The position numbers were made by a program, and so were the translations under genes. Shown piece after piece: positions 41,372 through 51,778 of a DNA stretch of 64,000 nucleotides. The DNA is from Pelagomonas calceolata (Eukaryota): NCBI GenBank assembly GCA_918797485.1, contig CAKKNE010000005.1, positions 1,488,001 through 1,552,000 of the forward strand. The letters are read 5' to 3'. How positions within the stretch are numbered: position 1 is the stretch's first letter; each line of letters opens with the position of its first letter. The notes beneath the pieces are model-generated. The model had not been told where the DNA came from. It saw nothing but the letters and a program-made list of their open reading frames with translations, and did not search any database.

Positions 41372-43561
41372 ATGCAAAACCGCCGCAGAGCCGCCGCGGC
41401 CCTCGTCGCCGCCGCGTGCACGATACAGATCGGCGCGTGGTTCGCCTGGTGGCAGACGGCGTGGGTCTACGACGACCAGGCGCTCTGGCACTTCCAGTGG
41501 GCCCTCGTGACCGCGTCGCTCGCCGCCGCGGCCGCGCTGAGCGCGCCGGCCGAGGGCTACGCGCTGTGGACACGGCCGCCTCGGTACAAGGGCCCGCGCT
41601 GGGCCCGCGTCGCCGACGGCGCGAGCCGCGTTGGATTAATAGCGCTCGCGCTCGTTTTCATTAGAGTCGTGTCGCTGCACGTCTTCGCGACGGGCACGAA
41701 CCGGAAAGCGGTCTGGACGTGGCATAACAATCGGGCGGCGCGCTACGACGCGCTCAAGTGGCACGCCTACCAGTTCGGCTGGGACGCCATGGTGCCCATG
41801 GCGTTGCTGGGCGTGCCGGCCCAGCAGTTCTCGCCGCCGCTGCGAGCGCTCGGCCTCAGCCACGAGGCCGCGATGGCCTTCCACCGCGTTTTGGGGAGAG
41901 CCACGCTGATCCTGGCGACGCTGCACGTCACGCTCTACCTCCTCGTCTGGGGGCTCGAGGGCGGGCTCGAAAAAATTGGAGACGAGGCCCTGAGCGCGTG
42001 CCACGGGTCGGCGCGCGTGTCGCACCGGCCGTCCGAGCTCTTCGCCCACGCCTGCGGCGCCCAGGCGCCCTCGCGGAACATCTCGAACTTCTACGGCCTG
42101 CTGGCGTGGTGCGTCGGCGTCGTCGTCGGCGTGACGAGTCTGTACGCGGTGCGGCGGCGGTCCTACGCGTTGTTCATGGTCGCGCACCAGTTGCACTGGG
42201 CCTGGTGGTTCTTCGTCTGCTTGCACTGGCCCGGGATCCTCGCGTTTGCCGCGCCGTCCGTCGTCTTCATCGCCGCCGATTCGGCGCGTCGACGCGTCGC
42301 GGAGCGGACGGCGCGCTGCGCCGTCGCCGCGACGGGCGACGCGACGATGGCGACGGTCCTGGTCCCCATGCCGGGCTACGCCGAGGAACAGCTCACGGGC
42401 GGCGTCGTGCGGCTCCGGTGCCGCGACGTCTCGTGGATGTGGCACCCCTTCACGATCGCGGGCGCGGCGGACGGCGCCGCGGTCGTCCACGTCTTCGACG
42501 CGGGCGGGTGGACGCGCGCCTTGTGCCGCCTGGCGGCGCGGCAGCCCGTCCTCGAGCTCGAGGTCCGGGGCCCGCTCATCGCGCCCCTGGCCTTACAGCA
42601 AAAGGCCCGGGCGGCGGCGCGCGGCCGACCCTTGTTGATCGTGGCGGCGGGGTCGGGCCTCGCGCCGGCCGTGGCCTTCCTGCGCCTGGTAAGGCTATCG
42701 AACCCGGCGCCGAACCAGCAGATCCGGTTCGTGGCCATCGTACGGTCGGCCCAGCAAATCGAAGTGCTCGACGCCTTTTGCCTGCCGACGGCCGGCGCCT
42801 CCTCCCAGGAGCCGTGGCTCCAGACGGAAATTCATATAACGCGGGCGCCGGACGCGCCGGCGGCTTCGTGCGCTGTTGAGAAGACGACGCGCCCGAGCGC
42901 GGGCCGCGTCGTGGTCCGGCGCGACGGCGCAACAATCGTCGCCGTTGCCGCGCCGTGGCCGACGGAGGCGAAGACGGCGACGGTGTCGCCGCTCTTTCCG
43001 AACGAGGCGCGGGAGGCCGCGCCGGCCTCGCCGGCCTCGCCCGTCGACCTGCGGCGGCACCGGCCGGCGGGGGGCGCGGCGGGCGGCGCCGCCGCCGCCG
43101 TGCTCGGAAGTGGTCTCGGCTTCCTGGCCGCGGCCTACCTTGTCGCCTGGCGCGCGGGCGCGCCGTTCGCGGGGCGGTCGCCGTACGTCTTCGACCGGCG
43201 CAAGGACGGCAACCCGAACGTCGTCTCGGGCGGTCTGAGCCTGGTCGTCTGCGCCGCGGCCGCGTTCCTCGGCGCCGCGGTCGCGCTGGCGGTCGCCGGG
43301 CGCGTCCGCCGACGCGGCGCCTACCGCGGCGCCGCCGCCGACGTAGAGCTCGGCGGCGGCGCCGACCCCGCCGGCGCCGCCGCGGAGGTCGTGTTCGCGA
43401 CCGCGGGCGCGCGGCCCGACCTCGACGCCGTCGTGAAGCGGGCCGACGAGCAGCTCGGCGCGGACGCCGACGTGATGCTCGGCGGGCCGCAGCCCCTCAT
43501 CGACGGCCTCGAGGGCCGCCTGCGAGATCGCATCGTGGAGCGGATGACGTGGGCCATGTAG
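41372..43561 (+). CDS. Ferric reductase-like transmembrane oxidoreductase (FRE/NOX family)
   Basis: Heme His in FHRVLG..LH and AHQLH..LH, WHPFTI (FAD), VRGP, AAGSGLAP (NADPH). Confidence 0.9.
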   Translation: MQNRRRAAAALVAAACTIQIGAWFAWWQTAWVYDDQALWHFQWALVTASLAAAAALSAPAEGYALWTRPPRYKGPRWARVADGASRVGLIALALVFIRVVSLHVFATGTNRKAVWTWHNNRAARYDALKWHAYQFGWDAMVPMALLGVPAQQFSPPLRALGLSHEAAMAFHRVLGRATLILATLHVTLYLLVWGLEGGLEKIGDEALSACHGSARVSHRPSELFAHACGAQAPSRNISNFYGLLAWCVGVVVGVTSLYAVRRRSYALFMVAHQLHWAWWFFVCLHWPGILAFAAPSVVFIAADSARRRVAERTARCAVAATGDATMATVLVPMPGYAEEQLTGGVVRLRCRDVSWMWHPFTIAGAADGAAVVHVFDAGGWTRALCRLAARQPVLELEVRGPLIAPLALQQKARAAARGRPLLIVAAGSGLAPAVAFLRLVRLSNPAPNQQIRFVAIVRSAQQIEVLDAFCLPTAGASSQEPWLQTEIHITRAPDAPAASCAVEKTTRPSAGRVVVRRDGATIVAVAAPWPTEAKTATVSPLFPNEAREAAPASPASPVDLRRHRPAGGAAGGAAAAVLGSGLGFLAAAYLVAWRAGAPFAGRSPYVFDRRKDGNPNVVSGGLSLVVCAAAAFLGAAVALAVAGRVRRRGAYRGAAADVELGGGADPAGAAAEVVFATAGARPDLDAVVKRADEQLGADADVMLGGPQPLIDGLEGRLRDRIVERMTWAM

Positions 43562-43586
43562 TAGTAGTAGTAACAGCAGATGTATT

Positions 43587-45164
43587 TTACGCCGTGTCGC
43601 TCGCGCCCGAGTCGAAGGACCCCTCGTCCTCGAGGAAGTCCTCGGCCCGGATCGCGGCGACGTCGACCTCCTCCTTCGGGGCCTCGGCGAACTGGGCCTC
43701 GTACTCGAGCTCGTACCGGAAGTTCTCCGAGACCTTGCGGCCCGTCTTGGCCCGCGGGTCGCAGCTCCAGGCCACCGCCATGCGCCCCGCGTCCTGCGGC
43801 AGGTCGAAGGCAACAAAAACAACCTGCTCGTGCTCCAGGATCATCTCGGCGCCGACGCGCCGGACGTTGCCCGCGCGGCGGACGGCCTCCTCGCTCTTTA
43901 ACTGTTTAAACTTGGCCGCGTCGCAGACCTCGGCCACGTCGAAGTTCCGCCCCACGACCTCGTGCAGCCCGAGGCAGTACTCCTTGACCGTGTCGCCGTC
44001 CCTACAACAAATGCCCCGCACCTCGTCGTCGCAGCACGCGTAGACGCAGATGAGCTGCAGCGCGTCGCGGCACGCGTCGAGGATGGCGTTGCGGCTGCTT
44101 CGGTGGTCAGGGTTCGCCCTGACGTACTCGTCGTAGGGGCTGATGGTCTCGAAGTGCTCCTCGGTCGGTTCGAGCGTCGGCGCCTCCCGCAGGTCCTGGA
44201 GCTTCCGCTCGAAAATCGCGCAGCCGGGGAGGATCGACGCGACCCCGAGTTCCGCGCCGACCTTGGAGACAGAGGACAACACCCGAGGGTCTTGATACCC
44301 CATCAAATAGTGGCGCTGGTCGCCGTTCACCAAAACGACCCAGGGCTTCGTGGTCAACAGGTCGAGGGACGCGAGCCACTTCACCTCGTCGTCGGACCAG
44401 CGCTCCGACCGCAGCGTGAGGCGCGGCCGCCACTTCGGGTCATCTGGGTCGTACGGGGGCGGCTTGTCCTCGTCGGACGACGACAGGCCGTCGTCGGACT
44501 CTTGCTTGGGCGGGTCCGGCCCGCTCACGAGCAGCTTGACGGCGTACTGGAGCGCCTCCTTCTCGCCCCGCAACCAGTTGCCCGCCCGCAGCTTCTCCAG
44601 TTCTTTGATTCTCTTCTCCAGGATCACAATGTCCCGCCGCTTCGCGACCTCTCCGATCCACCGCAAATCGCGCGCCGCGTCGATCGTCTCGGACGTGTGC
44701 GTCACGTCGCCCGTGCGGAAGTCCCGGACCACGACCACGACGACGTCCGCGGTCGAGGCGCCGGCCCAAAGCCCCTCGAGCAAGGCCGGGTCGTCGTTGC
44801 CGTCGTTCTTCACGTCCAAGGCGTTGCGCGACGGCGCGTCGACCACCGAGAAGGTCACGGGCCGCTCGGCGCGCGGCGCGTAGCACGCCCGCAGCGCCTC
44901 GTAGGCCTCCGTCGCGTGCGGCGTCCGCCCCACGTTCGCCCGGCGCGTCTCGCCGGGGAAGCCCGAGGCCGCGACCCGGCGCCCGCAGAAGGCGTTGAAG
45001 AGCGTCGAGCAGCCGGCGTTCGGCCGGCCGACGAGCGCGACCCGGAGGTTCGAGCCGTGCGCGCGGCCGAACTGCGGCGGCAGGTCGACGTCCAGCGCCT
45101 TGGCCCTCTCCTCGCCGCGCACGGAGCTCAGCATGTCGCGGAAGGCGCCCTGGTTCATGACCAT
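43587..45164 (-). CDS. Divergent Obg-like ATPase (OLA1/YchF family) with altered P-loop
   Basis: GRPNAGCSTLFN, DAARDL, LLTTKP, DEVRG, TGS-like end. Confidence 0.8.
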   Translation of the reverse strand: MVMNQGAFRDMLSSVRGEERAKALDVDLPPQFGRAHGSNLRVALVGRPNAGCSTLFNAFCGRRVAASGFPGETRRANVGRTPHATEAYEALRACYAPRAERPVTFSVVDAPSRNALDVKNDGNDDPALLEGLWAGASTADVVVVVVRDFRTGDVTHTSETIDAARDLRWIGEVAKRRDIVILEKRIKELEKLRAGNWLRGEKEALQYAVKLLVSGPDPPKQESDDGLSSSDEDKPPPYDPDDPKWRPRLTLRSERWSDDEVKWLASLDLLTTKPWVVLVNGDQRHYLMGYQDPRVLSSVSKVGAELGVASILPGCAIFERKLQDLREAPTLEPTEEHFETISPYDEYVRANPDHRSSRNAILDACRDALQLICVYACCDDEVRGICCRDGDTVKEYCLGLHEVVGRNFDVAEVCDAAKFKQLKSEEAVRRAGNVRRVGAEMILEHEQVVFVAFDLPQDAGRMAVAWSCDPRAKTGRKVSENFRYELEYEAQFAEAPKEEVDVAAIRAEDFLEDEGSFDSGASDTA

Positions 45165-45383
45165 GGTTGCTTCGCGGCGCGACGGAGGGCGGCCCCCGTC
45201 GTGCTCTGTGTGATGTGCGTCTCCTGCACACGCGCTGGCCTAGAGCGCGCAATTATGATTTGATGGCCTCGAGCGCGCCCGCGGCGGCGGCGTAAGGCAC
45301 TCCTGTGGTGCGTGGGCAGCCCTGCGAAACTCGGGGCGACCCTTTGCCCGGCCAAATGGTCGATTGGGCAGCGCCTGCTTGCT

Positions 45384-45409
45384 GCTAGTGTGTCTTACAG
45401 GCCGCTAGC
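45384..45409 (-). promoter_or_regulatory. Bipartite CTAG motif
   Basis: GCTAGTGTGTCTTAC-N5-GCTAGC upstream of the OLA1-like gene. Confidence 0.55.
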
Positions 45410-45482
45410 GGATGTCCTAGAGCAGCGCCTGGTAAGGAGAGGCAGACCCTGCGCCGACGGCTCGCGACGACTAGACACAACC

Positions 45483-46118
45483 TTACACGCCCTCCTCCCC
45501 CTTCCCCTTATCATCACCCTCGGGAGCGACCTCGTCGAGCTCCTCGACGATGAAGTTCGTGTTCGTGTAGACGCACATGTCCGCGGCCACGGCCATGGCC
45601 CGCGTCGCGATGTCGCGCGCCTCGAGGTCCTCGACGGTCGCGAGCGCGCGCGCCGCCGCGAGCGCGTAGTGGCCGCCCGACCCCACGCCCATGATCCCGT
45701 CGCTCGGCTCGAGGACGTCGCCCGTGCCCGTCAGCTCGAAGGTCTGCGTCCGGTCCGTGACGAGTAGCACCGCCTCGAGCCGCCTAAGATATTTATCCGT
45801 GCGCCAGGCCTTTGCGAGCTCGACGCAGGACCGGGCGAGCTGCCCCGGGTGCTCTTCCAATTTTTTCTCCAGCCGGTCGAGCAGCGAGAAGGCGTCGGCC
45901 GTGCTTCCCGCGAAGCCCACGAGGACGTCGTCGCCGACGCGCCGCACCTTCTTCGCGTTGCCCTTCACGACGATGCTCCCCATGGAGACCTGGCCGTCGC
46001 CGATCAAGCAGACGCGGCCCTTGCGGCGCACGCAGAGGATCGTCGTGCCGTGCATCTCTGTGGTTGTCGAGAGGGCGCGGCGGGGGAGCGCCGCGCCGCG
46101 GCGGAGCGCCGCGAGCAT
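45483..46118 (-). CDS. hslV: Mitochondrial HslV (ClpQ) protease
   Basis: Presequence [51 protein letters not shown]. Confidence 0.96.
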   Translation of the reverse strand: MLAALRRGAALPRRALSTTTEMHGTTILCVRRKGRVCLIGDGQVSMGSIVVKGNAKKVRRVGDDVLVGFAGSTADAFSLLDRLEKKLEEHPGQLARSCVELAKAWRTDKYLRRLEAVLLVTDRTQTFELTGTGDVLEPSDGIMGVGSGGHYALAAARALATVEDLEARDIATRAMAVAADMCVYTNTNFIVEELDEVAPEGDDKGKGEEGV

Positions 46119-46406
46119 GGTGGCTTTTGATAGGTTTTGCACGAATGCGCTTGCAAAATGCTTTGCACAGATAGCGTGCAAAAGGCGGCCACCTAAGGTC
46201 CAGCAAAAGCTGTCCTAGCGTCGAGAGACGTACTAGAATTCCAGTCTTTACAGGTCAAAAAAGCACCGTAGAACGTGAGCTTGTGGCCGCTGTGGCCATA
46301 GATGGATAAAAAGCCCGCGCGCGCCGCCTGCTGCAGTTTTGAAGGGCTGGAGCACGGTTGTTCAATCCTGCGAGGAGGCTGTGGGGGCACCGAGTGATCA
46401 CGCGCC

Positions 46407-47414
46407 ATGGGACGAGCACTGCTCCTGCTGCTGCGCCTAACGACAGCCCTCAACCCCTTGCAAAAACTGCTCGTCGAGGGCGAGCTGCGGCGGCGGCCCG
46501 ACTGGGTCGACGGGAGCGCCGCGCAAGTCGCGCCGCGCGTCTGGCGCTGGGTCGCGGAGGCCGACGACGCCGTGCTGGCGCTGCCCGAGCTCTCCGAGGC
46601 CGACGCGCGCCGCCTCGCGGCGAGCCTCGAGGCCGCCGGGGCCGCGGTGGAGGCGTCCGCGACGCGGCGGGTCCCGACGCTGACGAAGCGCCGCGCGCTC
46701 CCGCCGGCGGCAGACGACGAGGTGGAGACGGCGGACGCGTGCCGCCGGCGGACGGAAGCCTTCGTGGCCCGCGTCCTCGTGGGTCTCCGCCAGTGCCCCT
46801 TCACGGCGTCGCCGCGCGAGGCCGGCGTCGGCCTCGAGGAGTTTGATGTGCACGGCGCGCCGATCCTCTACGCGCATTCTAGATGTACGTCGGCGCCGCG
46901 GCTCGTGAGCGACGTCTGGACTACAATAGGCGAGTTCCTCGCGCAAGGCGAGGCGGCGTACAGCTCCGTGCTCTTGACCGCGCCGGCCTTCGACGAGGAC
47001 CTGGAGACGTGGGTCGAGGCTGTCTTCCCGCTCCTCGAGGAGTCGCTCGTCGCGGCGCGCGTGTCGCGCGATATTGGTATTGTCTGCTTCCACCCGCGCT
47101 ACGAGACGCCTTCCGAAAAATGGCTCGCGACGCACCGCTTCGGCCACATGTACGCGCCGACGACGCTGCGGCGGTACTGCGCCGAGGCGGGCGCGGAGGA
47201 CCTCGCGGCGCTGCCGGACGACGATCTCCGGTACTACGGCAGCTACATGCGGCGGAGCCCCCACGCGACGATCAACGTCCTCTGGTCGCGCCAGCTCGCC
47301 GCGGCCGAGCGGCGGCGCGAGAGCGCGGGCTTCTACGCGCGGAACCTGCGGCGGCTCGCCGACACCGGGCGCGCGCGGCTGGAGGAGGCGGCGGCGGGGG
47401 AGCGTGTTACGTAA
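46407..47414 (+). CDS. Targeted DUF1415-like protein
   Basis: VGLRQCPF, CFHP, RRSPHATINVL; signal-like leader. Confidence 0.75.
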   Translation: MGRALLLLLRLTTALNPLQKLLVEGELRRRPDWVDGSAAQVAPRVWRWVAEADDAVLALPELSEADARRLAASLEAAGAAVEASATRRVPTLTKRRALPPAADDEVETADACRRRTEAFVARVLVGLRQCPFTASPREAGVGLEEFDVHGAPILYAHSRCTSAPRLVSDVWTTIGEFLAQGEAAYSSVLLTAPAFDEDLETWVEAVFPLLEESLVAARVSRDIGIVCFHPRYETPSEKWLATHRFGHMYAPTTLRRYCAEAGAEDLAALPDDDLRYYGSYMRRSPHATINVLWSRQLAAAERRRESAGFYARNLRRLADTGRARLEEAAAGERVT

Positions 47415-47437
47415 ACCTTACCCCTCCCCGAGATAGT

Positions 47438-48859
47438 CTAGCGCATCTGGATCTTCTGGATGTCGCAGTTGCGGATCTCGTTGAGGTAGTTGGGGTTGTA
47501 GCCCCGCTTGAGCATGTCCTCGATCATGGCGTCGCGGATGGCCTCGAGCTTGGCGCGCTCCATGGCGAACTCGTTGCGCATGGCCCGGCCCTCGTCCTGG
47601 GCCTGCTGGAACTTGTCCGTGCGGCCGCGGCGCGCCGCCGCGATCTGCTCGTTGAGCGTTCTTTTGAATTCTTCGTTGATCTGGCGCTTCCGCTCGTTCT
47701 CGATCGCCTCTCTATCTTGAACCTTGTTCGCGTAGCGCAGGCACTCGTTGTGTTCCCGTTCCTGGAGCGCGGCCTCGCGCGCCTGGCGCCGCTTCTTGTC
47801 CTCGATCTGGTCCCCTAACGTCTTGTGCACACTTTCGGCCAGGTTCTTGCGCCACGTCTCCTTCTTGAGCACGGCCTCGCGCGCGGCTCGTTCTTTCGCT
47901 TCGGCGTAGCGCCGCGCGCGCAACGCATCCAACTCCGCGGAATTGTCCATGATCTTTTCCTGCGAGTCCAACATAGCTTTCGCGAGTCGGTTCTTCTCGT
48001 CCTGGATCTCCTTCTCCTCCTGCTCGCGCTTGCGCATGAGCTCGTCTTTTCGAGCTTGATAGAGTAGAATGGCCTCCTCCTCGTCCCGGTCGCGCTGCTT
48101 CTCGGCGTGCTTCCGCTCAATACTCGCTTTGTTCGCCTCCATGACCTCCATGCGCGCGCGCTCCTGCTCCACCTTTTGGATCGCGGCGGCCTCCTGATCT
48201 TCTTTTTCGTACTTCGCAATCAACTCGAGCATGGCCTTCGATTCCTGCTCGCGCTGCTCCTCCTCGAGGATCCTCTTCCGCCGTATGGCGTCGATCTGCT
48301 CCGTGATGACCTTCCTATCTTCGACTCGCTTCTTCCTCCGCAGGTTGTCGGCGTCCTCGCGCTGCTTCAGGTCGCGCAACCGGTCGACCTCCATCAACAG
48401 GTCCATGCGATCTTCGTAGGCCTTTTGCCTCGCTTCCTTCGCGCCGCGTTCGTTGAGCTGCTGGTCTCGGATCGTGAAGGCGGCCGCTCGCGCACCGATG
48501 CCTCTCAAATATTTCACCAAGTCCAGGTTCTCATCCAGCGTCTTGTCGGCCATCTGCCGGATGGTCTCCTTCCGCGCCTCCTTCTCGAGCTCCATCGTGC
48601 TCTTCTTCGCTTTGTTCTTGGAGGCCGCGGCGAGCGCGCGCATGCGGTCCTTGCGCGCCCGCGCCGCCTTGTGCTTCACGGCGTGGATGGCCTCCAACTC
48701 GTCCTTATCTTTCTGGATCTCGGCCGCGGTGATGATCCTCGTGCTCCCCTGGATGCGCCGGAGCTCGGCCGCCGAGATGACGGCCGCGCGCGCGGGCAGC
48801 GCGCCGCCGCGGCCCTTGGTCTTCGTCTTGCGGCCGAAGAGGCTCTCGTCGACGACCAT
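47438..48859 (-). CDS. CFAP45: Cilia/flagella-associated protein 45 (CCDC19); possible upstream exon 49177-49212
   Basis: Long charged coiled coil, AFTIRDQQL, ELDALRARR; candidate GC-AG intron 48905-49176 extends the frame to ATG 49212. Confidence 0.8.
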   Translation of the reverse strand: MVVDESLFGRKTKTKGRGGALPARAAVISAAELRRIQGSTRIITAAEIQKDKDELEAIHAVKHKAARARKDRMRALAAASKNKAKKSTMELEKEARKETIRQMADKTLDENLDLVKYLRGIGARAAAFTIRDQQLNERGAKEARQKAYEDRMDLLMEVDRLRDLKQREDADNLRRKKRVEDRKVITEQIDAIRRKRILEEEQREQESKAMLELIAKYEKEDQEAAAIQKVEQERARMEVMEANKASIERKHAEKQRDRDEEEAILLYQARKDELMRKREQEEKEIQDEKNRLAKAMLDSQEKIMDNSAELDALRARRYAEAKERAAREAVLKKETWRKNLAESVHKTLGDQIEDKKRRQAREAALQEREHNECLRYANKVQDREAIENERKRQINEEFKRTLNEQIAAARRGRTDKFQQAQDEGRAMRNEFAMERAKLEAIRDAMIEDMLKRGYNPNYLNEIRNCDIQKIQMR

Positions 48860-49350
48860 CTTGCGGCCCTGGTCTTGGCCTTGCGCGGGCAGCCCCTCGG
48901 TGCCCTAGAAATCGCGCGGTGGGGCGCTGCGCGGGCTCCGGCTTCGGACGGGTCGCGGGCGCGCGGGCAGCCCCGCGTCTCCTAAAACGTCGGGCGGTGG
49001 CTCGCGCCGGGTCTGCGGGTCCGCCGGGCGAAACGCGACGAGGCAGCGTTGCGAGGTCCCGGGAGTCCGGTAGGGGGGGAAATGATGGGGGGCGCCGACG
49101 CCTCCGGGAGGCTTCCGACGGGCGCCGAGGCGTCTTTGGTCTATTCGGAGCGTTGCCGCCGGAGTACGTTACTTGCACTAAATGTATCTAGCCCATCTCG
49201 AAGGAGCGCCATCTCTCGCAATCAAAAGGCGGTGCTAGACGCTGCCGCCGGCGCAGCACCACCCACCGACGGCCGGGCCGCGTCGAAGAACCGCGTCGGG
49301 CAGCCTGCCGTGAACGTAGCGGCGCCGCTGCGCCCGAGAACCATCAAGCC

Positions 49351-51207
49351 ATGCCGTCCGCGGGCGACCAGATCAACGAGCTCCTCGAGGACGAGACGAG
49401 GCGGAGCTTCCCGGACCCGAACTCGAAGAAGGCCCGGGCGCGGCGCCGCCGCCAGCGGCTCTACGGCCTGGGCAGCGACGCGCGGTTCCCGCGCGTCCGC
49501 CGCGGCGAGGCCCAGGCGTTGGCGGCTTTCGCGCAGGCGGCGCGCCTGCCCGGCGCCGCCTCGCAGCTGAGCCACGCCGCGCGGCCCTGCGACCACCACG
49601 ACACCTACGAGCACGACGCCTGGTACCGCATGAGCTACTGGGAGCCGTCCGCGCACCGCGCGACGGCCGCCCCGGATAGGGTGTTCGTCGGCACGGCCGG
49701 CGCGCGGCACCGGGGCGGCGTCGGCCTGGCGCGGCGGGAGCCCTGGTACGGCCCTGGTACCGGCGCGGCCTCGGACGCGCCCTCGACGGACCTCTTCGCG
49801 GACGCGGTGCGCTACGGCTACGACGGCGCGCGGCGGCGGCGCCACTACCAGCAGTTCCGGGGGTCGGCGCCGGGCAAGACCCTGGACGACACCTGCCCCG
49901 CCTACCTGCGCGGGAACACGACGCTGCGCGCGGAGTGGGCGCCGCCGCTGCGCGGCGCGCCTCCGAAACCCGGCGGCACCTGGGGCGCGACGCCGCGGCT
50001 CTGGCCCGAGAACGCGAGCTACCCGTCGGGCTTCAAGGGCACGTCCCAGGGCCAGCGGCCCTCGTCGTCGTGGTACCGCGGCCAGACGACGGTCGCCGAG
50101 ACGGCGACGGCGCGCGACGGTGACGACGGCGCCGCGGCCTGGCTCGACCCGCGCGTCAAGCGCGTCTGCGAGCTGGAGCGCCGGTCCCAGAGCCGCCTGA
50201 AGCGGGCGGCGCGGCTCGAGAAGGCGTCCCTGAGATCGGCGCTCGTGGGCGGCTCGGTCCAGTCGGGCGGCACGGTCCTGACGTACCGCCCCTCGACGTC
50301 GTACCTCCCGCGCAAGGAGGAGGAGGACGCGTCGACGGGCCGCGAGGTCCTGGTACGGCACAGCGGGCCGCAGACCATCCTGATCGCGCCGGGCCTGACG
50401 TGCGCGGACCAGGTCTCCGACGCGGACGTCTTCCGCTTCGACCTGAAGTGGCAGGAGCTGGGCCGCTTGTACCGGGACGTGCTCTTCGACAAGGCGACGA
50501 AGGAGCCGCCGCGGGCCTTCGACGACCTGCTGGCGAAGCTGCGGGAGGCGGCCGCGGGGCCGCGCGTCGCGCGCGAGACCTTCCTCGAGACGCTGAGCGT
50601 GGCCGTCCCGGGCATGTCGAAGGGCCGCGCGAATTTGCTGTTCTCGGTCTTCGCGCCGCCGGCGGCGCGCGAGGCCGAGTACGCCCTGATCCTGGCGCCG
50701 CTGCGCTGCGTCTCGCACGGCTGGGACGCGGCCGAGTGCCTCGCCGAGCTCTGGGCCTCCTTCACGAGCGAGGACCCGCGGAAGAGCACGGCGCGCAAGG
50801 TCCGCGACGCGCTGACGTGCTGCGCGCGGTCGGCGGGCGACGCCGAGGACATGCAGGCGCTGCTGCCCGCGGTGATCGGCGCGCTGACGCGGCAGGTCGT
50901 CCTCCGGGGCGACGCCCCGACGGACGACGGCGGCGAGGAGGCGCTCGCGGCCGACGGCGTCTTCGGCGTCGCGCCGCCGGCCCCGGACGACTTCCGGGCG
51001 GCGCTCGCCGCGGCGCCGGCGGCGGTCGAGGCCTTCGGGCGGCAGCTCGCGGCGGCGCGCGCCTTCGTGACGGGGGCCGACGCGGCGGACGCGGGGCCGC
51101 CCGGCCCGTCCGTCGCGCGGCGCGTCACGTCGATGCGCGAGGACCTCAACGCGCGGCTGCACAACGTGAGCACGTCGATGCGCGCGCCGACGGGCATGAG
51201 GAGCTAA
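49351..51207 (+). CDS. Hypothetical protein
   Basis: 618-aa ORF with strong GC3 bias on this frame. Confidence 0.75.
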   Translation: MPSAGDQINELLEDETRRSFPDPNSKKARARRRRQRLYGLGSDARFPRVRRGEAQALAAFAQAARLPGAASQLSHAARPCDHHDTYEHDAWYRMSYWEPSAHRATAAPDRVFVGTAGARHRGGVGLARREPWYGPGTGAASDAPSTDLFADAVRYGYDGARRRRHYQQFRGSAPGKTLDDTCPAYLRGNTTLRAEWAPPLRGAPPKPGGTWGATPRLWPENASYPSGFKGTSQGQRPSSSWYRGQTTVAETATARDGDDGAAAWLDPRVKRVCELERRSQSRLKRAARLEKASLRSALVGGSVQSGGTVLTYRPSTSYLPRKEEEDASTGREVLVRHSGPQTILIAPGLTCADQVSDADVFRFDLKWQELGRLYRDVLFDKATKEPPRAFDDLLAKLREAAAGPRVARETFLETLSVAVPGMSKGRANLLFSVFAPPAAREAEYALILAPLRCVSHGWDAAECLAELWASFTSEDPRKSTARKVRDALTCCARSAGDAEDMQALLPAVIGALTRQVVLRGDAPTDDGGEEALAADGVFGVAPPAPDDFRAALAAAPAAVEAFGRQLAAARAFVTGADAADAGPPGPSVARRVTSMREDLNARLHNVSTSMRAPTGMRS

Positions 51208-51291
51208 GTTAATCACCGCGACGATTCTTCCAGATCGGGGGGCGCTACGCCTCAAACAGCATAGCCAAAAAGGCTGCCGGGCGGCGCCTTC

Positions 51292-51591
51292 GTGGAAGAT
51301 GGAGTCTGGGCGCCGCGGACGAACTCCTGCGCTACTTCGGCGTGGCCGTCGACGGCTGCATCGGGTAGTCCGGCACGACGAGAGCGGGTCGGCGGCGGCG
51401 GCTCGGCACCCTTAGTACAACAACCAGCAGCACCCGCGGCAGCGCCGCCGGCCGACCCTGCTGCCGAGCTCGAGGCGTCATTCGCCGAGCTCAAACTCAA
51501 GCTCACGGTCGACGATGCATCCGACTTCGAGGACGCGGTGGCCGCGTTGATTGCGAAGGTGCACGCCGCCCGCGACGCCGCCACTATCTAG
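51292..51591 (+). CDS. Possible short gene or 3' gene fragment
   Basis: Coding-like helical C-terminal half; no ATG start. Confidence 0.25.
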   Translation: MEDGVWAPRTNSCATSAWPSTAASGSPARRERVGGGGSAPLVQQPAAPAAAPPADPAAELEASFAELKLKLTVDDASDFEDAVAALIAKVHAARDAATI

Positions 51592-51778
51592 AAGTACCTC
51601 TTGCCAGGCGTGGCCGCCGACGCGGGGCGCGAGACGTGCGGCGAGACGGGACACGCGTGTGTGCATGCTTAATCACCTGTTGTGGCGCGCGACAGTTTTT
51701 TGGTGCGGGTTTCTCCGCTCGTCGCGCCCGTTTTTCGAGCGCGGGCCGGAAAGCGCGCTGCGTGCCGGTCCACGCACC

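Noticed and set aside
16980..46118. Bacterial-type genes (sufC, ispG, hslV, parvulin) as contamination or an operon
   Set aside because: All carry organelle-targeting leaders, share host codon style and are interspersed with eukaryotic genes.
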